Positions 51,954-60,039 of a stretch of 64,000 bases of DNA are shown in pieces. The notes below the pieces were generated by a model. That model was given only the letters and a program-made list of their open reading frames with translations. It did not search any database and was not told where the DNA came from. Position 1 is the stretch's first letter, and the number at the start of each line of letters is the position of its first letter. The translations under genes were made by a program, and so were the position numbers. Origin of the DNA: Candidatus Nomurabacteria bacterium (GTDB taxonomy: Bacteria; Patescibacteriota; Patescibacteriia; Magasanikbacterales; UBA922); the NCBI GenBank assembly GCA_020632445.1, contig JACKFN010000002.1:36387-100386 (forward strand), written 5' to 3'.

Positions 51954-52658
51954 TGAGCCCGCGATGGAATGTCGCGGGCGCTCAGGTAGGGTAGGTTGTT
52001 GGTGGGATGTACTAGGCGAGGAGGGACTGGACGGCGTCGGCGATGCGGTTCTGCTGCTCGGGCGTGCCGGCCACGAGCATCCCGAGCTTGCAGTCGCCGA
52101 TGGTGCCCCAGTTGAACACCACCACGCCAGTGCCGGTCTTCGAGTCGAACACGTGGCCGTTCAGATCCAGGCGACTGAAGTCGATGTGGTTGACCTGGAA
52201 GTTCCTGGCCATCCACTGCGGAATCTGCAGACGCTCGGCCACGATCGTCGGGAACGTCGCACCGTTGTAACGCGGGTTACACTCGATCATCAGGAAGTCA
52301 CCATCAGCGGTCACCACCACGTCGAAGGCGAAGTACCCCCGCATCCCGCGACGCGCCAGCTCGCTGGCCACCGGATCGGTGATCCCCCAGGGCTGGTACT
52401 GCGTCGGGTAGCGGTTGCCATCGTGGGCGTTGCCCTTGAGGATCTGCACACTCACCGCGCCGCGCTTGACGCGACCCTGGCCATCCACGTGGTACTGGAC
52501 GTTCAGGAAGGCCTTGGCGCCCGCGACCTCACGCTGGATCTGGAACGGAACATCGTCCGCCAGCTGATCGAGGTTGGTCTCCAGCTCATGACGATCGTTG
52601 CACCGGATCACGCCCAGACCCGACACCGAGACCGCGACCTTGAGGTACACGGGGTACG
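51954..52658. repeat. 705-bp direct repeat copy A (1 mismatch vs 53411..54115)
   Basis: Sequence from tgagcccgcgatggaatgtcgcgggc... to ...gaggtacacggggtacg is identical between copies except g/t at 52179 vs 53636; covers the 3' ~214 codons of each ATP-grasp gene plus 58 nt of 3' flank including hairpin GCCCGCGA-tggaatg-TCGCGGGC. Confidence 0.9.
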
Positions 52659-53106
52659 GGAACGACCAGGTGCTCCCGAGACCGGCCTTGTTGTCGTAAA
52701 GCCAGGTCTGCGGGGTGGGCACGCGCAAGGTTCGACACAACGACACGAGCTGGTTCTTGTCGTTCATCTTGGCCGTGATGTCGTACCGCCTCTGGTTCGG
52801 GCGCACCGCGTGCGCCTGGTGGCCGAAGAAGAACACGTCGAGCTCGTGGTTCAAGAACTCCCCCTGGGTCGCGACGCCGAAGCTCGCGTCCCAGACCACC
52901 TCGCCGGTGACCGACAGACCTACCTCGACGTAGTGCGCCTGGATCCAATCCCAGTGTTCGGCGAGCCTCGAATCCAGTTGGATCGTGTCCCACTGCTGCG
53001 TCGCGCACAGCGTACGCCCGCTGTAGTTGGGCAGCCCGGCGATGCGGTGGTGCTCACCGTAGCCCAGGCAGTCGAGCATGTCGTGGTTGAAAATTCGCTT
53101 GTTCAC
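52012..53106 (-). CDS. ATP-grasp ligase paralog A (high-GC, GTG start)
   Basis: ATP-grasp core: VYLKVAVSVSGLGV, FQIQREV, FAFDVVVTADGDFLMIECNPRYNG; GC3 ~90%; GGGGAG SD before GTG; N-terminal half ~70% identical to paralog B. Confidence 0.75.
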   Translation of the reverse strand: MNKRIFNHDMLDCLGYGEHHRIAGLPNYSGRTLCATQQWDTIQLDSRLAEHWDWIQAHYVEVGLSVTGEVVWDASFGVATQGEFLNHELDVFFFGHQAHAVRPNQRRYDITAKMNDKNQLVSLCRTLRVPTPQTWLYDNKAGLGSTWSFPYPVYLKVAVSVSGLGVIRCNDRHELETNLDQLADDVPFQIQREVAGAKAFLNVQYHVDGQGRVKRGAVSVQILKGNAHDGNRYPTQYQPWGITDPVASELARRGMRGYFAFDVVVTADGDFLMIECNPRYNGATFPTIVAERLQIPQWMARNFQVNHIDFSRLDLNGHVFDSKTGTGVVVFNWGTIGDCKLGMLVAGTPEQQNRIADAVQSLLA

Positions 53107-53109
53107 TTC

Positions 53110-53178
53110 TCAAATCTCCCCAAATTGGTGTCTAGACCTTTCGGCCCCCTCTAGCGAAACGGAACCCCGCGTCGCCAT
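53110..53178 (-). CDS. 22-aa high-GC ORF translationally coupled to ATP-grasp A (candidate carrier/substrate peptide)
   Basis: MATRGSVSLEGAERSRHQFGEI, TGA 3 nt before the GTG start codon of the ligase; same high GC as the ligase. Confidence 0.3.
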   Translation of the reverse strand: MATRGSVSLEGAERSRHQFGEI

Positions 53179-53198
53179 AAAGAAGCCCAAAAGAAAAA

Positions 53199-53227
53199 CC
53201 TCCGCCTAGTGGGCGGAGGTCCGTTTT
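53199..53227 (-). terminator. attenuator terminator downstream of Ile/Leu/Val-rich leader peptide
   Basis: minus strand CCTCCGCC-cacta-GGCGGAGG followed by TTTTTCTTTT. Confidence 0.55.
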
Positions 53228-53240
53228 GTTCTCAGTATTC

Positions 53241-53330
53241 TTATCGAGACAAACGCAAACCAACACCCACAGATCGGAGGATGAGCACGAGAATATCAAT
53301 AATCAAACTGTGCTGTTGATTTCGCTTCAT
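53241..53330 (-). CDS. 29-aa branched-chain-amino-acid-rich leader peptide (leaderless)
   Basis: MKRNQQHSLIIDILVLILRSVGVGLRLSR (13/29 Ile/Leu/Val, run LIIDILVLIL); TTGACA 53368..53363 with ATG ~at predicted TSS. Confidence 0.4.
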   Translation of the reverse strand: MKRNQQHSLIIDILVLILRSVGVGLRLSR

Positions 53331-53410
53331 ATTAATTAGAGGTTAACACCCCCAAAAAAAATTGTCAATAGTCACTGTGTATAAATAGTTTTTTACATCA
53401 CAATGATCAT

Positions 53411-54115
53411 TGAGCCCGCGATGGAATGTCGCGGGCGCTCAGGTAGGGTAGGTTGTTGGTGGGATGTACTAGGCGAGGAGGGACTGGACGGCGTCGGCGA
53501 TGCGGTTCTGCTGCTCGGGCGTGCCGGCCACGAGCATCCCGAGCTTGCAGTCGCCGATGGTGCCCCAGTTGAACACCACCACGCCAGTGCCGGTCTTCGA
53601 GTCGAACACGTGGTCGTTCAGATCCAGGCGACTGAAGTCGATGTGGTTGACCTGGAAGTTCCTGGCCATCCACTGCGGAATCTGCAGACGCTCGGCCACG
53701 ATCGTCGGGAACGTCGCACCGTTGTAACGCGGGTTACACTCGATCATCAGGAAGTCACCATCAGCGGTCACCACCACGTCGAAGGCGAAGTACCCCCGCA
53801 TCCCGCGACGCGCCAGCTCGCTGGCCACCGGATCGGTGATCCCCCAGGGCTGGTACTGCGTCGGGTAGCGGTTGCCATCGTGGGCGTTGCCCTTGAGGAT
53901 CTGCACACTCACCGCGCCGCGCTTGACGCGACCCTGGCCATCCACGTGGTACTGGACGTTCAGGAAGGCCTTGGCGCCCGCGACCTCACGCTGGATCTGG
54001 AACGGAACATCGTCCGCCAGCTGATCGAGGTTGGTCTCCAGCTCATGACGATCGTTGCACCGGATCACGCCCAGACCCGACACCGAGACCGCGACCTTGA
54101 GGTACACGGGGTACG
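53411..54115. repeat. 705-bp direct repeat copy B
   Basis: see copy A. Confidence 0.9.
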
Positions 54116-54596
54116 TGAAGGCCACGTCACGCAGCGCCGACTTGTTGTCGAACAACTGCGTCTCGGGCGTGGGCACGCCCAGCTCGCGGCACAGGGCGAT
54201 CAGCTTGTTCTTGTTGTTCATGGCCTCGGTGATGTCGAACCACTGCTGGTTCGGGCGCACCGCGTGCGCCTGGTGGCCGAAAAAGAACACATCGAGCTCG
54301 TGGCCCGCGAACTCGGACGCAGCCGCGACGCCGAAGCTCGCGTCCCAGACCACCTCGCCGGTGACCGACAGACCGACCTCGGCGTAGTGCGCCTGGATCC
54401 AGTCCCAGTGCGGCGACAGCGCACCGTCCAGCTGGATCGTGTCCCACTGCTGCGTCGCGCACAATGGACGGCCCGTGTAGTGCTTGAGCACCGCCCACAT
54501 AGCCGCCTGATCGGCACGAACTCCGGCGTTGGCAACGCCCAACGGGTTCATACCGAAGGAATCCAAGACGTCACCGTTAAAAAGCTTTCGCTTCAT
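53469..54596 (-). CDS. ATP-grasp ligase paralog B (high-GC)
   Basis: Start at MKRKLFNGDVLDSFG aligning with paralog A N-terminus (alternative in-frame start 15 codons upstream); C-terminal 214 aa identical to A. Confidence 0.75.
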   Translation of the reverse strand: MKRKLFNGDVLDSFGMNPLGVANAGVRADQAAMWAVLKHYTGRPLCATQQWDTIQLDGALSPHWDWIQAHYAEVGLSVTGEVVWDASFGVAAASEFAGHELDVFFFGHQAHAVRPNQQWFDITEAMNNKNKLIALCRELGVPTPETQLFDNKSALRDVAFTYPVYLKVAVSVSGLGVIRCNDRHELETNLDQLADDVPFQIQREVAGAKAFLNVQYHVDGQGRVKRGAVSVQILKGNAHDGNRYPTQYQPWGITDPVASELARRGMRGYFAFDVVVTADGDFLMIECNPRYNGATFPTIVAERLQIPQWMARNFQVNHIDFSRLDLNDHVFDSKTGTGVVVFNWGTIGDCKLGMLVAGTPEQQNRIADAVQSLLA

Positions 54597-54683
54597 CTTC
54601 ACTTCCCCGCATCCGCTTGTGATAAATAGCTGAGAGTTCATCGGAAAGGCGTAAACCTTCCCGATCAAAACCTCAATCAACGA

Positions 54684-54715
54684 AAAAAGCCACCCGAGGT
54701 GGCTTGTGTTTTGCT
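54684..54715 (-). terminator. attenuator terminator downstream of Phe leader peptide
   Basis: minus strand GCCACC-tcgg-GTGGC followed by TTTTTT; 5' arm can alternatively pair with GGTGG-TAA-GTGTGTTT at the end of the leader ORF. Confidence 0.65.
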
Positions 54716-54731
54716 GTATACTCAAACACAC

Positions 54732-54791
54732 TTACCACCCACGGGAAGCTCCAAAAAAGAAGAAAAAATTACTACTATAAATGTGTTTCAT
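54732..54791 (-). CDS. 19-aa Phe-rich leader peptide, pheL-like (leaderless)
   Basis: MKHIYSSNFFFFFGASRGW: same MKHI start as E. coli pheL ([15 protein letters not shown]), five consecutive Phe codons; stop codon embedded in antiterminator arm. Confidence 0.6.
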   Translation of the reverse strand: MKHIYSSNFFFFFGASRGW

Positions 54792-54798
54792 ATATGGG

Positions 54799-54827
54799 AC
54801 ATTATCATATCTATCACAAGATGTCAA
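54799..54827 (-). promoter_or_regulatory. promoter TTGACA-17nt-TAATGT (or GATAAT with 15-nt spacer) for Phe leader
   Basis: minus strand ttgaca tcttgtgatagatatga taatgt cccatat ATG; predicted TSS within a few nt of the ATG. Confidence 0.5.
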
Positions 54828-54956
54828 TATGTTCTTTACACACTTTTCCACAACAAAAACAATTCTCTCCTGTAACCTACTATCACTTTGCAAACGAGAA
54901 CTTATCATCTTTCCAACAAACCGTTCTCAACTGTTCTTTGTTATCCACACCTCCAC

Positions 54957-54999
54957 TTGACCTCTTTTTCAAAATGTACTACAGTACTAGTACACTAGT
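54957..54999 (+). promoter_or_regulatory. promoter TTGACC-17nt-TACAGT overlapped by tandem ACTAGT trp-operator-like repeats
   Basis: GTACTAGTACACTAGTA: two ACTAGT half-sites 8 bp apart (54986..54991, 54994..54999), closely resembling E. coli trp operator GTACTAGTTAACTAGTAC. Confidence 0.55.
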
Positions 55000-55003
55000 A
55001 TAT

Positions 55004-55276
55004 ATGTACTCTTCCAAAGAACTTGTTTCACTGCTATGCAAAATAACAGAGCCAAAAGAAATGGAGCTGTTTTTGACAGACCTACTCACGAGCAGTGAGC
55101 AAAAAGAACTCTCACAAAGACTTCAAATTGTAAAGCTCCTCCATAAAAATGTACCTCAGCGAACAATCGCAGAAAAGCTTGGCATTGGAGTGGCAACCAT
55201 AACACGAGGCTCCAAAGAAATGCAGAAAAAAAATAGTGGGTTTCAAAAAATACTCGACAAGTACTATGATCGCTAA
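55004..55276 (+). CDS. Trp repressor (TrpR)-family DNA-binding protein
   Basis: LLTSSEQKELSQRLQIVKLLHKNVPQRTIAEKLGIGVATITRGSKEMQ aligns with E. coli TrpR [50 protein letters not shown]; start chosen downstream of promoter. Confidence 0.65.
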   Translation: MYSSKELVSLLCKITEPKEMELFLTDLLTSSEQKELSQRLQIVKLLHKNVPQRTIAEKLGIGVATITRGSKEMQKKNSGFQKILDKYYDR

Positions 55277-55344
55277 CACTTCACAATTCAATCTTCATTG
55301 GTGGCCTTACACACTTTTTTGGTAAAGCCGGTTTTTTGTTTGCT

Positions 55345-55385
55345 CTTGTGACTCTGGCTTTTCCAGAGTCTTTTTGTTTTTTCAA
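55345..55385 (+). terminator. terminator after trpR-like gene
   Basis: gactctgg-cttttc-cagagtc followed by tttttgtttttt. Confidence 0.55.
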
Positions 55386-55432
55386 AGGGCTGGCAAAAAA
55401 AATTTGCCGGCAAGAGAAAACGCAAGGAGACA

Positions 55433-56376
55433 CCATGGAACTTCAACGTTTTGTGCTCGAGATGCTCCCCCAACTGCTCGAGTGCGGCAACGCCGCAGCC
55501 ATTGCTGTCTGGGCGCGCGAGCATCTACAGCAGTTGCCTGCTTCAAGGGATGAGCTTACGGTCCTCGATCTATCCATGATCGAAACGAGTCTGGCTCACA
55601 GTGGCGTGCCCATACCAGCATCGCTCACCAGTCTACTGATGAACCTCACAAACGGTGGCCCTTTCCTCACCTACCACCAACTGGTGATGGTAAACCCTGC
55701 GCAGGCCACTCGATGCTTCACTCGTGGACCTTCCGGTGAGGCCGAACGTGCTTTTTACCTTGCCCACAAGGAAATTGAGCATGGCCTCGCCATGGCATGC
55801 GCCAAAATCATGAAGGCCTTGGGACACACTGACCCCCAACAGGCCTGCAATGCTCTGCATGGCATTGAGCATGACACAAGCGTTCTGATCGAAAACACTC
55901 GACACCTCGCTGGGATGAATCCAGAACACTTCGCTGCCTTTCGGGGATATCTCGCCAGCCATCCAGTCCATGGATTCCCTGGTCCAAGCGGTCTGTTTTC
56001 TCCAGGAGTCTACCTCCTCGAGCTGCTCCTGCGTGGCCCACAGAGCACGTGGCCCCAGTTCTTTGCAAATAGAGGCACATGCTTTGACAACGAATCGCTG
56101 CGAAGTATCACGGGCGCCATGGAGGATGGGCACACGCTCACGGCACACATGATATCACTCGACTGGCCACCACGCATGCATGAGGTCGTCCGGTTCCTTG
56201 AGACACTGCTCGACAGCTTCCGTGGTCACCACTACAAAGCCGTACGCAAACAGATTCCACAAGCGCTCACCCCAGGTGGAACAGGAACCGCTGGAGAATC
56301 TGCAGGACAATTCCTGCGTGATCGAATGCGTGAAAGCAAAGCCTCCCACCGAAATCAACCCACCAAACGGGAGTAG
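55433..56376 (+). CDS. tryptophan 2,3-dioxygenase-like protein (high-GC)
   Basis: AFRGYLASHP...LLELLL and GTGTAGESAGQFLRDRM resemble TDO motifs DFRGYL..FRLLE and GTGGSSG..YLR; AAGGAGA SD; ~60% GC. Confidence 0.45.
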
Positions 56377-56407
56377 GGCTTACCTACTCCCATTCAAACT
56401 CCTTACT

Positions 56408-57448
56408 ATGCAGACACAATTTCAAAATCACACCATATCACAAATTATCAAAGGCGGATGGCAACTTGCTGGGGGTCATGGCAACATAAATGCACAGCAG
56501 GCTATCAGTGATATGTTTTCATTTGTAGATGCAGGCATAAACACCTTTGACTGCGCCGATATTTACACCGGTGTTGAAGAAATGATTGGCCATTTTCGAA
56601 TGCAGTACCAAAAAAAACATGGACTAAGCGAACTTGAAAAAATCCATATTCACACAAAATTTGTGCCTGACTACGAAAGTCTCCATGAGATTTCACTGTC
56701 ATCTGTCGAAAATATTATCGATAGATCATTACGACGCCTCCAAACGGAAAGACTTGATCTGGTACAATTTCATTTTTGGGATTTTTCGATAAACACCTAT
56801 ACACAAGCAGCACTCCATCTCAAAACACTTCAGCAAAAAGGAAAAATAAAACACATTGGTCTGACCAATTTTGACGTTGTTCACATGAAAGAGCTTCTCG
56901 ATCTTGGAGTTGAAATCGCTTCAAACCAAATTCAATATTCGCTCATTGATAACCGATCAGAAAAAGGAATGCTTGAATTTTGCAAGCAAAACGATATTGC
57001 AATTTTTTGTTATGGTACTGTTTCCGGTGGACTGCTAAGTAACAGATATCTTCACGCACCTGAGCCACACGCCCCATTTGAAAACAGATCACTCACAAAA
57101 TACAAACTCATCCAAGAAGAACGTGGAAATTGGACAGTCTTCCAAACCCTTTTGCAAGTATTACATGAAATTGGTCAAAAGCACCACGCGAGTATTACCA
57201 ATATTGCAACACGATACATTCTTGATCATTCCAGCGCAAAAGCGGTTATTATAGGAGCTCGAGATGCAACTCATCTGCAAGATAATATCAAACTTTTTGA
57301 CTTTTCACTTGATACAAGTGATAGGGAAAAAATTCAAAAGGTACTTGAAAGTTTCACTCCATTGCCTGGCGATATATATGAACTTGAAAGAGATAAACAC
57401 GGCAAACACGGAAGCATTATGAAATACAATCTTAACAAAAAAATATGA
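56408..57448 (+). CDS. aldo/keto reductase
   Basis: AKR fold motifs (FDCADIYTG, GLTNF, IQYSLID); start at MQTQFQ. Confidence 0.7.
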   Translation: MQTQFQNHTISQIIKGGWQLAGGHGNINAQQAISDMFSFVDAGINTFDCADIYTGVEEMIGHFRMQYQKKHGLSELEKIHIHTKFVPDYESLHEISLSSVENIIDRSLRRLQTERLDLVQFHFWDFSINTYTQAALHLKTLQQKGKIKHIGLTNFDVVHMKELLDLGVEIASNQIQYSLIDNRSEKGMLEFCKQNDIAIFCYGTVSGGLLSNRYLHAPEPHAPFENRSLTKYKLIQEERGNWTVFQTLLQVLHEIGQKHHASITNIATRYILDHSSAKAVIIGARDATHLQDNIKLFDFSLDTSDREKIQKVLESFTPLPGDIYELERDKHGKHGSIMKYNLNKKI

Positions 57449-57789
57449 AAAAAAGCGAAACCTTTACCCTCTACGACCTGCATGTCGAGGTCGTTGGAGA
57501 CCCAAAAACATTTGTATGCAAACACATACTGGGAAGCGCATTTGTGATACAGGGAGAAAATCTCGTTTTTGATAAGCAAAAAACTTTCAGTATGTATGCT
57601 TTGGCTGCAATGCTTCCACTCCTGCCTGCTAAGCAAAGGCCTACACATGAAAATGACTGGATGACCAGTGATGAAAACATCGCATGTCCAGATCCACATT
57701 GCGGCGCAAGGTTTAAAATATCACGCACCGGAGTGCGTGAATTTCATCGGTCAGATTGTACGGTTGTGCCGATTGAGAAAACAGCGTAG
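57445..57789 (+). CDS. small Cys-containing hypothetical protein (TIGR04076-like)
   Basis: 114 aa with CKH...GSAF...ACPDPHCG pattern. Confidence 0.3.
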   Translation: MKKSETFTLYDLHVEVVGDPKTFVCKHILGSAFVIQGENLVFDKQKTFSMYALAAMLPLLPAKQRPTHENDWMTSDENIACPDPHCGARFKISRTGVREFHRSDCTVVPIEKTA

Positions 57790-57802
57790 CAACATCACAA
57801 CA

Positions 57803-58687
57803 CTACCCAACCACCAAAACTACTTTCCTCCCATTTTGAACATCTCCACCATTCCAATCAGCAATGGCATTCATCAAATCGTCATACTCGTACATAAAGT
57901 TTTCACCAAACTGTGTCCCGGGATCGTTGGTGATGAACTTCGTCGAATTATACCCTCGAATCACGAGCGCGTGGTACGCTGGACCATCACCCCGAAAATT
58001 TGGATTCGGCAATTTTTTTCCATTGGCAACGACAAATACAGGATGTCCTGACGCGAGATATCCTTTAATCTGTTCCACTGTTGGATTCTCAATAAACTCG
58101 GTATTGTGGCCAAGAAATTTCGAAGCAAACAACTGTTGCACCTTTTCAATTTCAATACTTCCACCCCACCCCTGTTGCTCCTCCCAATCAATCATTTTTT
58201 GTAGTTCATCTTTGGCAAACAAGGGGCTGAGTTTGTACTTACGGTAATATGCATCCATCATAAGTGCAGCCGCTTCTTCACAAGCATCCTGCCATGGCTG
58301 TTCCCAATTTTTTTCTGGAGCTTGAGATGTGAATGGCACGTCAAGATTAAGAGAAATTTCCTCACGTACTTCTGGCTCTTCTTGCTCCTGCAAGTCATTT
58401 TCTGCTTCAACCTCTTGCTGCGTAGTACTCGTTGTTACTATCACGCCAACCTCATCTGTGGAAGTAGCATTAAGGAGTTCTTCCGGCATGCCCAGTGCCT
58501 CAGGGATACGAATTCCATCGAAATCATCCCGAGTTTTGAGGACGATTCCAGGATCTACATCATGCATCTCACGAGGAAAAATATGTCCACGCCAAACATA
58601 GGCAGTTCCAAACATCGAAACAACCATCACAAAAATACAAAAAAAATTCAATGGCTTTGGATTCATAGTGCATAAATATAGTATCAT
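57803..58687 (-). CDS. membrane-anchored C39-like (papain-fold) peptidase domain protein
   Basis: VPFTSQAPEKNWEQPWQDACEEAAALMMDAYY resembles Peptidase_C39_2 N-terminal Cys region; N-terminal TM. Confidence 0.4.
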   Translation of the reverse strand: MILYLCTMNPKPLNFFCIFVMVVSMFGTAYVWRGHIFPREMHDVDPGIVLKTRDDFDGIRIPEALGMPEELLNATSTDEVGVIVTTSTTQQEVEAENDLQEQEEPEVREEISLNLDVPFTSQAPEKNWEQPWQDACEEAAALMMDAYYRKYKLSPLFAKDELQKMIDWEEQQGWGGSIEIEKVQQLFASKFLGHNTEFIENPTVEQIKGYLASGHPVFVVANGKKLPNPNFRGDGPAYHALVIRGYNSTKFITNDPGTQFGENFMYEYDDLMNAIADWNGGDVQNGRKVVLVVG

Positions 58688-58745
58688 GTATTGAAAAAAA
58701 TCGGAAAATACGCTACAGTGCTAGCACCTCGTGACAAAAATTTAC

Positions 58746-59951
58746 ATGAAACTTTTTGAAACCATCGCACAATCAAGCGAGTGCCAAGCGAGAGCTGGCA
58801 TTATCCACACCGATCACGGAGACATTGAAACTCCTATTTTTATGCCTGTAGGAACCAAGGCAACGGTGAAAAGCCTTGATCCTGATGACCTTCACGACCT
58901 TGATGCGCAGATTATCCTTGCCAATACCTACCACCTGCATCTTCAACCTGGCGCTGACCTCATTGATTCCTTTGGCGGGATACATAACTTTATGCAATGG
59001 GAGAGACCCGTCCTAACTGACAGTGGTGGATTTCAAGTTTTTTCTCTTGGTGCCCAAAAAGACGCCAATGCCAATGGAGAAAAACTCGTCAAAATCGACG
59101 AAGATGGCGTAGACTTTCGAAGCTTTATCGATGGGTCAAAACATCGATTCACTCCAGAATCTGCCATCGATATCCAACACAAAATTGGTGCCGACATCAT
59201 CATGGCATTTGACGAATGTACTCCCGATGCCGCCCCAATCGATTATGCACGTGAAGCAATGGAAAGAACACATCGGTGGGCAAAGCGTTGTATTGATGAA
59301 CATGAAAAGCAGATAAAAAAAAGAGAAGATTCATATCGCAAATTCCTTTTTGGAATTATCCAAGGTGGAAATCATAAACAACTTCGCGAAGAGTCTACCA
59401 AAGCCATTTGTAAAATGAACTTTGATGGTATTGCGATTGGGGGAGAATCCATTGGCTACAACATGGAAGGCACCAAAGAAATTCTTGATTGGATTGCCCC
59501 ATACCTTCCCGCAGACAAACCCCACTACACCATGGGCGTAGGTTTTTCGCCTTTTGATTTATTTGATGTGGTAGAAAGAGGAATAGATATGTTTGATTGC
59601 GTAGCACCAACACGCATGGCACGAAATGGGGCACTCTATGTAACCCCTCAAACTTTTGCAAAGCAAGCTACAGGAAATGAACAAAATCCAAGACGTGTCT
59701 GGATTGATATCACCAATGCCAAGTATGCTGATGATCATCTTCCGATTGATCCCCTCCTTGAAAATAGTCCACTGCAACATTTTTCTCGTGCCTACATTCA
59801 TCACTTATTTAAAGCGAATGAGCTGCTCGCCTACAGGATTGCAACGCAACATAACCTTTTTTATCTCTTAAACCTGATGAAACAGATGAGAGAAGCGATA
59901 AAAGAAGATAGATTTCTGAAGTTTAAAAAAAAATGGGGATACAAACAATAA
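58746..59951 (+). CDS. tgt: queuine tRNA-ribosyltransferase
   Basis: TPIFMPVGT...DSGGFQ...zinc CxCxxC..H region; alternative start at 58731. Confidence 0.85.
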   Translation: MKLFETIAQSSECQARAGIIHTDHGDIETPIFMPVGTKATVKSLDPDDLHDLDAQIILANTYHLHLQPGADLIDSFGGIHNFMQWERPVLTDSGGFQVFSLGAQKDANANGEKLVKIDEDGVDFRSFIDGSKHRFTPESAIDIQHKIGADIIMAFDECTPDAAPIDYAREAMERTHRWAKRCIDEHEKQIKKREDSYRKFLFGIIQGGNHKQLREESTKAICKMNFDGIAIGGESIGYNMEGTKEILDWIAPYLPADKPHYTMGVGFSPFDLFDVVERGIDMFDCVAPTRMARNGALYVTPQTFAKQATGNEQNPRRVWIDITNAKYADDHLPIDPLLENSPLQHFSRAYIHHLFKANELLAYRIATQHNLFYLLNLMKQMREAIKEDRFLKFKKKWGYKQ

Positions 59952-59976
59952 TACATCAAAACATTCCAAACTTACA

Positions 59977-60006
59977 AAAGACACGCCTCGAGCGTGTCTT
60001 TGCTTT
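59977..60006 (+). terminator. terminator after tgt
   Basis: aaagacacgc-ctcga-gcgtgtctttgcttt. Confidence 0.65.
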
Positions 60007-60039
60007 ACAAAATGAAAAAATCGGGGTAAAGTGTTTGCA

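Noticed and set aside
51964-54629. Long plus-strand ORFs (396 and 408 aa, MECRGRSGRVGCWWDVLGEEGLDG...) covering the ATP-grasp region
   Set aside because: They are the antisense frames of the high-GC ATP-grasp genes. They are R/G/H/V-rich, lack the GC3 bias of the sense frame and have no recognisable motifs, a typical high-GC antisense artefact. The same holds for the first 110 codons of the track ORF 50777..52216 and for ORF 53407..53673.
54974-55003. Upstream ATG (54974) as the TrpR-family start
   Set aside because: It falls inside the promoter spacer between the -35 and -10 elements. The ATG at 55004 lies downstream of the predicted TSS and gives a 90-aa product matching TrpR length.
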